A stretch of DNA of 59,136 bases from Atractiella rhizophila (Eukaryota). The translations under genes and the position numbers were made by a program. Below are positions 37,017-51,104 of the stretch, piece by piece; positions within the stretch are counted from its first letter, which is position 1; every line of letters starts with the position of its first letter. Under the pieces are notes generated by a model. It was not told where the DNA came from and did not search any database. It saw only the letters and a program-made list of their open reading frames with translations. The stretch lies in NCBI GenBank assembly GCA_021432655.1, contig MU271312.1, positions 1-59,136 of the forward strand. Direction: 5' to 3'.

Positions 37017-40000
37017 TTAAGCCATGACAACGTCCCTCTTCGACTCCGCCTCCTTCGCTTCCCTTTCCTTCTGCTTCATCTGCTCTTCCCTCAACTGCGC
37101 CCATTGATCCGTCCTGGTTGTCAAAATCTGCTCATCGATTGTGTCCTTTGTGTAAAGCCGATGGACATGCACTTTCTTCCTCTGTCCATATCTTCTCACT
37201 CGACCGATAGCTTGCGTCTCAATCGCTATGTAGTCTCGGAGGGTCTGAGTGAAAAGAGGGTTGAGGAAGATCGCATGATTTGCGACCGTGAGATTAGCAC
37301 CTATTTCCCACAGCAGAGTGAGACGGATGAGGCTGGGTTATGTTGGAGACAGACCTGAAGCTGAGGAATCTCCAACATTCAAGAGCAGCACTCGTCGGGG
37401 TATCTCCCACTCCTTTTTCCCCACCTGCTCTTTCTTCGTCATGAGGGGTTTTTGAAAGGCGTTTAATATTTGGGACATCTTTGTTGCTCCGCCCTTGAGA
37501 GTGGTGCTGATTGATTTTACGCTTAACACAAGTAGGGAGGTAAGAAAGAAGACGAACAAGTCAATTCCATTCGACTCCATCGCTTCCTTCGCCTTATCCA
37601 AGAGATCTGCAAACTGTACAAAAACGAGAATCCGCTCATCCTCTGGAATTTGTTCCTTGATCAACTTCACCATCTCTTGCAGCTTGACCCCGAACTTCCC
37701 GCTGGCATCGTCTCCGACAAGACTGCTGGCTTTCACAACCTGTTCCTTTCGTGCAATAACTCGACATCCGTCAGCTCTCTGAGTACAATATCCCAGCCTA
37801 GCCTCTCTCATAACCTCAGCGTACACTCCGTGATGTCCACACGTCCCAAGAATGGCTATTTCGTTGTCTTCCGGAGAAAAAGGAAGGTTGGGAAAGTCAC
37901 CAACTGAAGATTCGGACGGAACTGGAGAAGAGTTGCCGCTGGATTGTGGACGCAGAGTCGTCGTCTTTCCTGACTTTTGTATCTCTCTGATAATGGCAAA
38001 ATATCTATTAGACCGGAACCGGCTGACAAGTTCTACAAAAACCGTGTCATGAAGCTGAAAGAGTTTATGGAGAAAAACGGACCTTTGAGAAGCCTCCTTA
38101 ATATATGGGTTCGTTCACGCAGATCGAATCTCTTGGCTAGCATTTCTGCATCTTTCTGCATTCCCTGTCGAGGCTTCAACCACTTCTCCAGAACGAAAAC
38201 CTCCTTCTTTTTCTTGTCCTTCGAATCCTCTTCTTTCGTTTTCTTTCCTTTCGTCTCCCCATCCGACTCTGACGCAAACTCTTCCTCCTCTGCCTCCGAC
38301 TGAGAATTAGAATGATTGATTTTCTTGCCTTTTTTCCTTTGAGCGGTGGATTTCTTCGATTTTTTGGGCTTTGTGGCATTTTCCTCTTGTTCTTCGGAAT
38401 CAGAGTGCATCTGTGGATTTTTCTTCAACTTCTTGGTTACCTTCGAGTCCTCTTCTGATTCCTCTTCTTCGCACTCTCGCTTGCGTTTCTTCTCTGACCT
38501 GAGAGAAGGCAAATATTTCCCCGCGATCTTTGAGAAATCGATTGACTTCGTGGAAATACCTTCTTTGCTGCACCCTAGGTTTGTTAGGAGATCCTGGAGC
38601 TCCTTATTCGCCTCCGGGTCCCCCGTACCATTTTTGAACACGTCTTTTACCCAATCCTCAAGATGCCTATTCTCATCTGCAGCGTAACTAGAGGCAACGT
38701 GACGGTGCATTTGGACAGCTTCGATAAGACTCGTGGTCAATTCGCGTTTGCAATCGTCGCGCTGATCCGTTCGACTGCTGAGAATAAGGTCGCAAGTCTT
38801 CTTTGCGTTGCCCGCCATACTAGCTCCTTCCACCGTAACACCAAGCGTGAAATGAGAGCAGCGCTTGAGTAACGCCTCCTCTGGTGTTTTTGACTCGCCG
38901 ATTGCTTGTGCCAAACGTCGGTCGCGGTCAGAGGTAGCATCTTTGCTCTTCGACTTCATGATTCTCGCACTAATAACAAACTCAGCTTGGTGTCTTCAAT
39001 TTACAACCAAACACCTACGCGTTGAGTTCAAGAGATGCTATGTGATGATCTAATTCCAGATAGATGGCCCGCTCAGCGGCAGGCAGCTTGATATATTCGG
39101 GATCTCGATCCTCGAAGGGGATCTCGTCGATTTCGGCGAGGTTTTGGCGAACAAATTGATTAAGGAATTTCTGTCCAATCTGATTGCGATGATTGTGCCA
39201 GGCTGTCGTATGAACCTCTCGGAAGGCATGGAACTGCTCGGCGCTCGTTTTGTCCTTCTTTCGTCTTTTCATCGTCTCCTTCGCACCTTCAAAGTCATCG
39301 TCGACTCCAAGGTGTAATTTTAGAAAAGCAGCGATGCTACAATACAGTTAGTTTATACAAAGAAGATAGGAACTCCTACCTTTTGACAGAAGCGAAGTCT
39401 CCTAAAGGAGGTGTCCCAGAAAGGACCCAACGGGACTCAGCTTCCAGGTTGACAATACCTTCGTATTGGCGGCCTTGAAGGTATGTGAATTCGTCCACGA
39501 CGAGACGTGCGAAGCTAGAGGGCTCACATCAGTAACAAGGGATGATTGAAATGACTTGGGACGTTTGAGGATGGGAGCTTGAGAAGGGGTACGCACTGAA
39601 ACATTTGGAGAGGAGGACATGACATATTCTTCCACTTCTCAATGTTCCGCAAGCCCCAAGGATCCGCCTTCAGTCGGTCGTTACCGCCTGGATTACCTTT
39701 CGACTTCTTCTTTGGTCGTTCCTCTTCTTCGGAATCCTGAAAAGTGACTCAGTGATGATGGACAGAAACACAAGGGTCACAAACCTCGCCTGTGTTGTGT
39801 GCATTCGCGTAAGCTTTGCCCTTTTTGCGACGGCCTTGAGCTTTCAGCGTCTGCTCTTCCGCCATTTCCGCTTCTTTCGCAAGGCGATCTTTAGCTTCCT
39901 TCAAGACTATCCCAGGTCCCTTCTTGCCCTCGCTCACAAGAGTCTCTGTCTGAGACTTGAGGAGCTCATTACATTTTCGAAGCTGATCCCTGAAATGTCT

Positions 40001-43000
40001 ACCACCATTCGCGTCGTCAGGAAGATTGGCCATCCCTGCGAGAGCGGCTAAATTATCCCAGTAAAGAGGCGTCTTGAAGAGCGTGGCCGAGATAATGATA
40101 AGATCCGCTTTCACAAAGTCGCGAATGTCGAATTTATTGAGGTGGGCAACATTTTCGATGGTAATGACGTTCCAGTCATGTTTGGTTCCCAGAAACTTCA
40201 TCACTTCATCCCGCCATTGCAGTGTAAGATGAGGAGGTGCGACGACCAGTGTAGCGTCTAGGGAAATTCGTCCTTCGACGAGTAGATCTTCGGTTCCATC
40301 CTGGACCAAAGATGCTTTTTTCTCCTTCATAACTGATATCAAGCCAAGAGTGATGGCAGTTTTGCCATACCCGACCTCATCGGCGAGAACGCCGCCTTTT
40401 ACAGTCGCTTCCCGGAACGCTTTCCCTTCAACCCTCCACCCAAGAGGGCCTAACAAAGCCTCCGATATTTCTTCCTCCTGGAACGTTTCGGGGCTCTCCT
40501 CTTGTTTGACCATCCACGTCAGAGAGCGAAGTTGTTCGCGACGGAGGGGAGTTTCGAACTCGGATGGTTGATCATGCTCTTCGTCATCCTTGTTGCTCTC
40601 AAGCCTAAACTTAAAAGCTTTGGCGTTGAAAACCTTCTCCGCTTCAGCAACATGACCAGTTGTAAGCTTCCAGGCAAAGTTCATCGCGCCGGTTGCAGGT
40701 TTTGGAGGAGGCAAGAGGGACATAGCGCGATGGATGAGGGAGGTAATGTTGATGCCCACTCGAATATAGCCTTTCTGGCTGCGAATCATGGCCTGAGCGA
40801 CGAAAGGTGGCGGACGGTGTTTGAGCGCCTGTAAGACAACATTGAGAGCAATTAAACCTGCCGAAATGGCAACGAACCTGTTCATACTTTCCCGCTTTTC
40901 GATTGTCTTCGACCGGAATGAACTTCTTTCCAATATTCTTCCCGGTCGCATTTGGATCTGGAACCCAAACGACATTTGGTGCATTCGGGGCACAGCGATC
41001 ACAAGAATGCTTCCTCTGTAGACAATATCATTTAATAGCTGAGCGATCGGTAAGAAAACATACTTCTTTGCCACTTCGATTGTCCTCGACAGCAATCCAC
41101 TTATTAAATATCTTCATCTGTGGGAGTCGATGCGTAATCCACGACCAATCCTGAAACACTTCCTTCCCCTCTTTTCCAACGTCGACGTTATACCACTCTC
41201 CTCTTCCCCACTTCTCAGAAGCCTGAGTTTCCGACAGAGGGACTTCACACGTCAGGAAAGCTTGTGAACACTTGCACGATGTCTCATCAAGCTTGACAAT
41301 GGTGGTTTCCTCTTTGGGGATGCTGTAGACAGACGACGAAACGGAAACAGCAGTTACAAGCTTGATTGATGGAACGTTAATGTATTGACCGGAGAGATGG
41401 CAGTTGACTGCACTAGAGGGATTGCGAGTACTTTCGGTGGGTTGGAGCTTCAGAGGTCTCCAAAGGGGATCTAGAACAGCGGTGATGGGTCGGAAATCGC
41501 CAAAGTCCTTCCGTTCGATATCAGTGCTGAAGACAATACCGTCCTTGTCGTAAGGCTTTGAGCGCGTAGGATCGAGAAAAAAGAACATGGCGCGAGGATC
41601 GTTGTCGCTTTCGATAGATTTCCGTTTATGCAAGATCCCAGTGGCTGTCCCACAATGTGGGAGAAGCTCATACTTACCGCTGATAGGCCGTTCGAGAATA
41701 GTATCGAGATCGGGGGGATAAGAAACGTCGATTACGCCAAAAACCTTCTCTTCCTTAAAATTCTCCAATCCCAGCATGGATCTCCAACTTGGGACACGTT
41801 CGCCTTCGCCTTTCAGTGTCATTTGAAAAGACTTGTTGATGGGGAGTCGGAAATCCCAGGTTCCATCCAAGAGAGAGCTAGCCTCCTTGGCCACCTTCAT
41901 TCGCGCAACAGGGGACTGAAAGAGTGCACGGATGGGAGAGTTCATGGCGAGCTTCTGGGACGGTTTGACTATGAGTCGCCACTCGACCTGTTGAGGATGC
42001 AGGTGAAGCTCGAGCATGGCTTTCGGCGCGTCGTATTTCGCAATCCAGTGCGCTTGTCGAAGAAGCGTCTCGAACCGGAACTCAACAGTCTGATCCATCG
42101 CCTCCTTGACATTAGAATGGTACTCCGTCCACTTGACTTCATCGAGAATTGCTCCAACCTTTTCCTTCATAGCCTCCAAAACTGCAGTGTCCACACCGTC
42201 GAATGAAAGGCGCATGGGGAGCACGTCTTTGATTTCCTTGTCAAAATCGTGGGGGTGAATCCTAGTATGATCCAAGTCGACATAACTATGCTCTGGTTTC
42301 CCACCGCATTTTTTGCAGCTGGTGGCACCACACTTCTCGCATTTTTGGACGTCATTGGAAGTAATGTCGTTCCTCCCCTCACAAGTGCAGAGCCTCGCGC
42401 TGACCGTAGCCTTCTGCAGGATATCGTCGACTGACATTGGAGCGCAGTGGTCAATATCGAGTGTAGTTGACTCCAGCAGCTCTTCTCCAACGATCAGGTC
42501 ACCAACTGGTATCGTCTCTTCCGGCCCCTGCACCTCAATAGTATCCACATCCATCTCTTCCAACTCCTTCAACTTTTTCTTTGCAGCCTTCTTCAAGACA
42601 TCCTTGTTAAAATGGACAATAAGAGCTGCGACCATTGCTGCTCCAACAACGGTAGAAGACATAGCGTTCCCGGCGAGATCGGACAGTTGAGCTTCGGTTT
42701 CTTTCGTGAGAAGGAGTTGATCGACTGGGATGCCTTGGAGTGCGAGTGCTTCGACACCGATTAGAGGGCCGCCCCGATTGGTTGGGAAGGGGACGCCAGT
42801 GGGAGTAAGGCAACCACAGACGCCCATGATCCCTGAGGTGATGTTTCTGTCTACATTCTGGGAAAGGTTGGCGACTACAGTCTTGAAACCGACGTCGCGT
42901 CCATGAACTGCTTCGCGAAGGTAGAATATGTCGACTAGATCTAGGACGCGTTCGACTTGGACACTCGCCCAGTCAATCCAGATGAAGTCCATTGGCGTCC

Positions 43001-45338
43001 CCCCTCCTCCTTCGATCCAACCTGTGATTGGCCGTTTATCCCCCAACATTTCCTCGATCCTCGCTCGTCTATCCCGAGTACCAAACTCAGCTCAAGGTGA
43101 GCAGAAAAGTAACCACGCACGCATGTCGTCCCTCGCATCTCCCCCAATCGACAACTTGCCTCCCTGTTCCATCGATCATCTGGCCTAATAACGCCTCCTG
43201 GCGAACCCTAAGGATCCTTGGATCGTCGACTGGGAGGAGAAAAGCTTCAAGCGGAGCTGACGCCGGTCTCTGCAGCTCTTTGACGAGAGCGTGCCACTTG
43301 CCAGGGACGCTATCGGGACGTATGGGCTGAGGGATATTGACAATATCCTTCCCCTTCTTCTTCGTCGCTCCTTCCTCGTCTTCATCATCTCCTCCATCCA
43401 CTCCTGCATTATCCTCTGCCTTCGCAGCGCCAGCCTTCTTTTTGCTGCTCTTTGAGTATAACAGATCTTTCATCTGCTTTGACAGTGGTTTGGTATCCGG
43501 ATCTCGGAGGGTGGCCATAAGATACCCACGCGTGCGGGTATGAGGAATGTAGTATTGTTTGGTGTCCAGCCTGGCACCAGAAAAATTAGCTGTTATGGCA
43601 TATTGGATAAGCGGAAGTAACCAGAGAGAAATGCCTACCGAATGGGCTCTGCAACGTAGCCAATGTTATCGAACTCAGCCACGACCGCATGCCATGGCGC
43701 CGAACAAACGTTTTCAAGAATGACGATTGGAGGTTTATTCTTGTCTACCCATGCCAACATGCCTCCAAAAGTATTTCCAGATTCTCCACCATCCTTGATT
43801 CCTTTCTTCTTGTTGTTCAAATTGGAGTAGTCGACGCAGGACGTCCCGGCAACTAGGAGGTCCACGTGCCCTGGCACTTCCACTTCAGCCCCATATGCGG
43901 TCGTAGCGTAGTCATTCCCCAACTCGAGAACGTCACGAAAGAGGATGGGGGGAGAGAAGTTGCGCTCGATGTCTGTCCATTTTACAGTTAGACGTGAACT
44001 TAAGCATGAGACAATAAAGCTCACAAGCCTGTTTGAAGGGTTCGATTTCGCAGGAAAACACATGCTCGATGGGCAGCTCCACCCCCTTCTTCTCCTTCAA
44101 AGCCTTTGATATCATCCCTAGAGCCAGGAGGGGAGATTCTGTCCCGCTAATCCAACAATGGCATCAGGCGTCATCTTAAAGAAAGCTAAAGAGAAGGCAA
44201 AGGGACGAAACTGCCCACCTGCACATAGTAGCGACCCTCAACCTCTTCCCACTGCCAACCATCCATTTCGCAATCTGAAACAGCGGCTCGAGCACGAGAG
44301 GATTGGATACGAGATCGACAAACATGTCGTAGTGGTTCGTGATTGGTGGTAAGGGTGATTCTTCCATCGATACCCAAGAAGTGCGTTCGCCCGCAGGGCC
44401 CTTCTTCTTCGCTGCAGAACCCTTCTTCGCAGCTCCAAAAGCGCTGGCTTTGACAGGGCGTTTCTTGGGTTGAGGTTCCTCCCTGAACAGGTTCACAGCG
44501 AGAAAGACCATTCATTACCACCTCATCCCATGCACCCATAAAAGAGGAAAGATGAAGAAAAGACGCACTCCTCACTCGGCTCCACCTCTGCTGCAGAGGA
44601 AGACTCGACCTCTTCCTCCAACACCTCCTCCTCCTCCTCCTCCTCTGCTGCGTCTTCTACTATAAAATCATCATCATCACTCTTTTCTGCCTTCTTCGCA
44701 CCCTTCGCGGATAGATGTCCTCCTTTGCCCTTCTTCACCATCGTATCCTCCGCTTCGGAATCAGTTCCAGACTCGGCATAGCTGAATTTCTTTCCCACCG
44801 GCCTCTTTCGCTTCAGTCCCTTTTTGTCTTCCTCACTCGTAGGTGTTCGGGTGGAGGTGGTGTTGGATTTTGGAAGAACTTTGCTGATCTTCGGCTGAGA
44901 CTTGGCTTCCTCCCTATTCTTCGCAACTTTCACAGAATCCTTCCCTTTTGTAGCCCCATTCGCTTTCGTCTTTGTCGTCACGGCAGTCTGCTTCTTCGGC
45001 GCGTCGCTTTCGGATTCTGATGAGGAACCGACGTGTTTCTTCCGCTTCACGCTCTTCTTCTTCACCGTCACCTCTTCATCACTGTTCTCGCTCACAGTCA
45101 CGTCCTTCCTGCCCTTCTTCCGCGTTTCAACTCTTTCTTCGTCCGAATCGGACAGCACGACCCTCTTCTTCTTAATTTTACCACTTACATTGTCGCTCCC
45201 ACTGTCCTCCTCGCCGTCCTCCCTCCGACCCTTCCCAGAGCTGACCTTATCCGGGCGTTTCTTGGGGATGCTGGAGGGATGAGGGACATTGATTGTGAAG
45301 TGTTTTGTAGATGTCGTTCCTTTGGATTTCGACGACAT
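37017..45338 (-). CDS. DNMT5: DNMT5 C5-cytosine DNA methyltransferase with SNF2 ATPase and RING-like region, multi-exon
   Basis: MTase motifs VATMC|SGTESP, HVFSCEIEPFKQ, LLVAGTSCVDYS (catalytic Cys), VILENV, IPHTRTRGY, DLAGNAMS. SNF2 motifs GGVLADEVGYGKT, QWRDEV, VVDEFTY, WVLSGTPP; helicase-C GANLTVANHAIFL and QAIGRVRRYGQ. Confidence 0.95.
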
Positions 45339-46316
45339 TTTGGAGGTTGTGAAGGATGTTTACGCTGACATTAACGCGTCGCGTGTTTTATGCCGGCGGT
45401 CGGAAAAGGAAGCCAACCACACCCCTTCAACCTTCCACTTTGCTGCCCACTTGTTTTTCCTTTCGAGTGTGCACGCGGGAGCTTGACCGATGGGAGGCCA
45501 TATAGGAGTATTATATGTCTGGAGTAACTTGTGACTTCGCTGGCAGAAACAAGAACAAGTTGATGTGGTCTGGTCAGGCTCCAGTGGAGATACCTTTGTT
45601 CTGAGCTTCAAGTTCTCAGAGTAGGGCGGGAAGAGGTATCCTTCATCATTTCTGTGAGTGATACGTGGGACGATGGAGAGCCGGTTATCGGCTTTTTGAA
45701 CGCAGACTTTGAAGGGAGACACTCATTATCCTTCATTATCCTGACCTCCATTATTGCTAGAGACGTGAGATGATGTCTTCTGTTATACCTGACAATGAGA
45801 GTTAGGTGCTCGAAAGATTATATCTTTTAAGGTGTCTAGACTTGAACCAAATTTGATCAATCACTTTTTTGCCAATATTTGCACTGCTGCGGAGTATGTG
45901 ACTGAACCGGCATAATCATGAATGTCAACTCTTCCCTACGGCGATTAGAGATTTCAGCTTGATTTGTCAAAGAAAGGGTGGGTGATGAATCATAATCCGT
46001 GATGACCATACTGCAAGGATATCACGATGTTGCAGAGAATATTGCTAGAGCAAATATCCAAGTCTGCAGGTAGATCATGAATGAGCCAGTATCTATGCCC
46101 ACAAGCCCACAAGCCCACAGTTAACGCCTTTGTTCCTTTATATTATTCATATGACAACTACAAATCTGGTGAAGCAACAAAGAGTAAAGACTGATATGGC
46201 CATGTTCCTTTGTCCCCTTCACGACCGCGACCCTGATTTCCGTACCCATCAATATGTCGAAACACATCCACAATATATAATACCTCCTTCATCTCTACTT
46301 TCCGTCCATCAAAAAC

Positions 46317-49300
46317 ATGAGTTACACATCCCAAGAGAAGCATTCAGACAAAGAAGCCGAGCTTCACCTCTCCGTCACTACTTTTCCAATGAACACCACC
46401 TCCGCGTCCTTGAACGACAACTCAGATGCCCATACAATAACTCCAACCACACCACTGTTCCCATCGGACGAACCTACCGAATCGAAATGTCCCGTTCGCG
46501 AAATCGCTAACCGTCTCCAACAAGTCGAAGTGACAGACAACGGAGCGAAGGGGAACGAGATCATCGAATCGTCGAAAGGTTGCAAACATCTTGAATCTAG
46601 GAAGGTCACTGGAAAGGATGGGTGTTTCAAGGCTGAGGTTTGGGACGGTAAACTTCTCATTCACTGTATATTCTAATCTCAAAGGTGTTGCTGACTTCAT
46701 CGAAACAGAGGCAGCTCACGGACCTTTGCTATGGGTGACCATGGTCTGCCAATGCCTCCGGAAAGAACTAAAGCCTTTGCTGCCGGACACGATCCATTTA
46801 CTCACTTCAAATGGAAAGGTACGAATAGTGTTATCGTTCTTCTGTCCATGTTGATCTTGAGCAGATCGAAGGAGAGAAATTGTTCCTGAAGCTAGAAAAG
46901 CTGGAGAGTCTGTGCGTACAGGTGACGCTTCGGTCCTTTGTAGCTGCTGACCCTTTTCAGCAGCGTAAGAGAGAGTACGGACTCTAAATCATGCACGCGG
47001 GATCACCTTACAGCACTGGTGGAATTTTTGAAGAAGGAGTTTGCGGATACGTGAGTAACCGTTTCCATCTTATCTCACGGTGCTCAACGACGTTTTACAG
47101 GATTGAAGCATTAGACAACTTGAAAGAGCAGCCTCTTAATGGTACCCTATATCCATTTGACCTGCTGTGGACGCAATTTCGAGTAGGGGATATTCTCTCC
47201 CTTGAAACGGCTCTGCTGGGTGATTTGGTATGTCTCCATACTCTCCTCTGCTGCTGCTCCTTCTGATGGTTGTGTCAACCAGATGGCGTTCAAAGTTGAT
47301 GAGGTGTCTTATCGCAACGTCACTAGAGGTGCCTCAGGTCGACATCTTGTTGTAACTGGTGCATCCATCGAATGGACTGGAAGGGCCTTCGTCAGACATC
47401 ACATGTCGAAAACTATTGCGCCTTACAGTGTGAGCTCACGAAACCTGTGTTTATGTTTACTCCGACTCGTCTGACTTGAGCTGGCGTAGGATTTGGCCGC
47501 GCTGAATAGCGGATCTGTAGCCCCCTTGACGGCGGATATGAGGAGCAAGCTTCTTCGCCGAGGCAAACGCTATGTCGAGGTGCGATCCAATATTATTTTT
47601 CCTGATGAGAAATTTGACAGACAGCACAAAGTTTGCAAAAAAGATGTTGATCGACTATGATGGTGGGTTGTCAACGTTAAACCGTGCTTTAGCTGAGCCA
47701 GTACGATACAGGTCCTGCTCACTTTTTCCGTGAAGGGGACGGCCCCATGTTCAAAGCCATGCCATTCAAAGGGAGAATCATGCTCGATGCCGAAACTTCG
47801 CGGGTTACGCGATTGAACGATGTTTGCCATTCTGCTTTGCATTACACTTCAATGTCACTCACTCTTTTTGAAGGACTGGTCAATGGAATCAAAGCCGTGC
47901 CCCTACACGGGGCGGAGCCAAAAGGTTCGCGTTGAAGATTTCACGGAGGAGGATTTCTTGGTCCTGCCAGTTCATCACATCGGATTCTGTTTCGAGTTAG
48001 ACGTGAGCTCGCTTGATTTCCCAATGTTCTCGAGATCTAATAGCCAGTAGCAATGGGTCCTTGTAAATGTCGACTACATGAAGCCGGCCGTATGGGAGGA
48101 TCAACACAAGGGGCAACTCATACTGGACAGTGCCACGAAGGTCAGCTTCTCCTTCTAGGTCTCAAGGCTCAACGTCATCATAACATTTCTATAGGATCTC
48201 TTGTGGACGATGTCAAAAAATACTCCGCCAGTCTCCGATACACAACCTATTGGCGCCTGCATTTTGTTGCATGGGGTGTGTTCGTTCCTCTTTCCCATTA
48301 CATATTGTTCAGGCGTTTCTGCAGCCTCCAGGAACTGGTAAGACGGCAACGGTGGAAGCAGTATGTTTATCCAATCCCTCGATAGTCAGAGATGCTCACG
48401 GGTGTTACAGTTGGCTGAAGATTTGAGACGCCCGCTGCACCGGTTTTCGTTCCCCAACCTGCGCGAACAAGATATCTCAGAGTCCTTCAAACTCGCTAAA
48501 TTTTGGAACTCAGTCTTGGTCTTTGATAACGCCGACCGTTTGTTTGTTTGGGCTCGAGGAGAGAAGTTTACAGAACCGAGAGGCAAGCTTAGATTCATCC
48601 CATCACCTACACGGAGCAGCTCACACTGTTTGCAGTTGCCACCCTGATGGAAGAGCTGGATCGTTTTGATGGCACAGTGGTACGTCGCCTGCCAGCATCT
48701 AGACATTTGAATTCTTACAACGAGGCCAGATCATTATTTCTCAAACTCTTCAAGAGTTCGTTCACTCTCTTCAATCATATTCCTTTCTAACTCCAAGAAA
48801 AGATTCGACGAAAGGCTCCTCTCCCGCGCATCCTTGATCATCAAGTACAACCAACTCTCGCGCGCCAAACGTGCAAAGGTGTTTCGAAACGTAAGAGGAG
48901 CCCTTTCTTACTGTCACTGCAATGTTATGTTGACCGGACACGTCAGCTTCTTCTAAAACGCGGCGCAGAAGTGGAACCCGAAGACGATGCTGAAAAGGGC
49001 GAGCGGCATCTGACGCCTCGATCTATCACGTCGAAGGATCTGCTGCGTTGGTCGAAGCTGTCTTTCGACGGTCGGAAAATCGAAGAGGTGGTCAAGAGCT
49101 CGCATCGTCTGGCTATGTGTAAGGGAGAAGCACTCAGCTCGACGCACGTTCAGACCATCATGGATTCTGGTTAGTCCTCACCAATTGTGGAAGAGGCAAG
49201 GATTGACCTTCTTCACCTCAGTGACGCAGAGCGAAAGGGATTATCACGATTCAGATGAAAAAGGTGAGAGCATTGGCTTTTTGCTATCAAATGGTATTGA

Positions 49301-49408
49301 TGATGTGTCAGGAGCCTACATCGACGAAGAGGAGAGACATTGGGTAGGTTTTGTTGGCATCAATTCCTGCAGGACTGACAAGCAAATCAGGTCCCTATCT
49401 ACAACTAG
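46317..49408 (+). CDS. Fungal AAA+ ATPase (DUF7025/AAA-type family), many short exons
   Basis: YPFDLLWTQFRVGD, KGRIMLDAE, IGFCFE; Walker A ILLHG|PPGTGKTATVEA; FKLAKFWNSVLVFDNAD; FDERLLSRASLIIKY; FDGRKIEEVVKS. Start and end are approximate. Confidence 0.75.
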
Positions 49409-50081
49409 GTGTCGCTACCGCCGCAACTTCATAGCACGCTGCATGTGATATCTCATTGACATATCGCGTTTGATAATGAACATTTCATCAATACTGCCCT
49501 CTCTCTTGATGGAGGGGATTGATTGATACTGAAAGTGTATATATCCTTGCCGTATATATCCTTGACTAGTGAATCATGTCAGCAACAGCATCTACATTGT
49601 AACGTCAAGAACTAGTGCTGCAGGATCTGGGCATGAAATAGACCCAAGGAAGAATACGAGGCAGGTCGTCGTCAAAACACAACTAACACCATTGAAAACA
49701 ACCACGCAGGAACGGAGAAGACCTGGATTGCAAACGGTAATCATGACGCATGGATTTGTCATAGAAGGCAAAACTGACGTTTACACTTGGCGACTTGAGC
49801 TATAAAACAGTTGAATCCCCGAGACTTGTTAACTCCTACAAGAATGGGAGAGTTGCAGACCCACACGCTCATGAGCAGCAGCAACACAGACAGGAAGAAA
49901 GGAAGTGGGTTTCATAATCCATCCCTCCGTCTAGCCAATCACAACACAAGGGAAGGGGGCGGTCGCTTATGACAGAAGAGAGAGAAAGAGTGAGCAGTTG
50001 TTTCAGAAAGAAGAGAAATAAAGGACGGTAGTGATTCCGGCCTGTTTCTACGTCGGGTGTACAACGAGATCTAGATTGCAT

Positions 50082-50794
50082 CTACGTGAAGTTATCCTAC
50101 ACATCATCCTATCAGCGTCTTTTCTTCCTTAAAGCACAGCGGAGAGGAAGAGGGAGGAAGGAGAGGGATGCTCACAATCTCGAAATCCGGCCTGGTCCTC
50201 GGCAACGCATCTGCTCCGAGCTTCGTGAACTTGTACTTCCTTCCCGGAGGCACTGGGGGGAGGAAAGCCTTCGTGGTGGCCGATTCTGTCGACGCTGGGG
50301 TTGCGGTGGAAGCGTAGAGTGCAGCGAGGGAAGGAGACGAGGTTTCTTTCACGAGACCTGTTTCTGTTTCCTTCGCCTCCGGCAGAGCAGGAGGCGGAAC
50401 ACTACCCGACAGACAGATACTCATAAACCTCTGGAATAACTGAAATAAGAAAAGAAACGTACGACTCGACGGTCCCCCTGAACAATCAACTTTGCGAGTT
50501 CTTCTTGCTCCACCCCTCTCACGGGCACATAAGCCCTCCTATAGTCCCTCGCATAGTAAGGGTTGACAGCCGGATCGCTGGAAAGGGTACCAGCCGGCGT
50601 GTAATGCTCCTCCCGAGAGGCAGGAGGGGGATTTCGATTGGCGATGGGGAGGGGCATGCCTGTGGTGCTGTTTGGGTTGACGACGACGAGCTTCCTGAAG
50701 GTGTCCCATAGCTTGGAGGGAGAGCCGTAGTGGTACAAGAAGGGGTTGGACGACTTTGCGCCGGAGGGACCACGATTTTGCTGGCGCTGGCCAT
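50082..50794 (-). CDS. Mitochondrial complex I 21.3 kDa accessory subunit (NUZM/NDUFA7-like); apparent 1-nt frameshift near the start
   Basis: LWDTFRKLVVVNPNSTTGMPL...RNPPP...SDPAVNPYYARDYRRAY, C-terminal LPPVPPG. The only nearby ATG (50794) is out of frame. Confidence 0.8.
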
Positions 50795-51104
50795 GGTTGC
50801 TTTGTTTTGAGGGAGAGAGGATTAACGGATGGGACTAGAATGGATTGACTGTAGTGAGGCGGGCGGATATGACGCCAATCACGAGGAATATTGACCGATG
50901 TGGATCGACATTTCGCATCGTGTTTCGTGTCAATCAATGCAACAGCTAACGCGTCCTATGCAGCTGGGGTGTGACCCTCTTACTCTCACCCCTTTTACCA
51001 AAGATATAAGAATCTCCTTCTGTCGCTAACTACCTCATACTCCCTACATCACACTCATTCACCCTTACATTCTTTACTCCACCTCAACCAACTCAAAGCC
51101 CAAC

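Noticed and set aside
46098..46120. CCCACAAG x3 upstream of the AAA gene
   Set aside because: Short simple repeat with no evidence of function.
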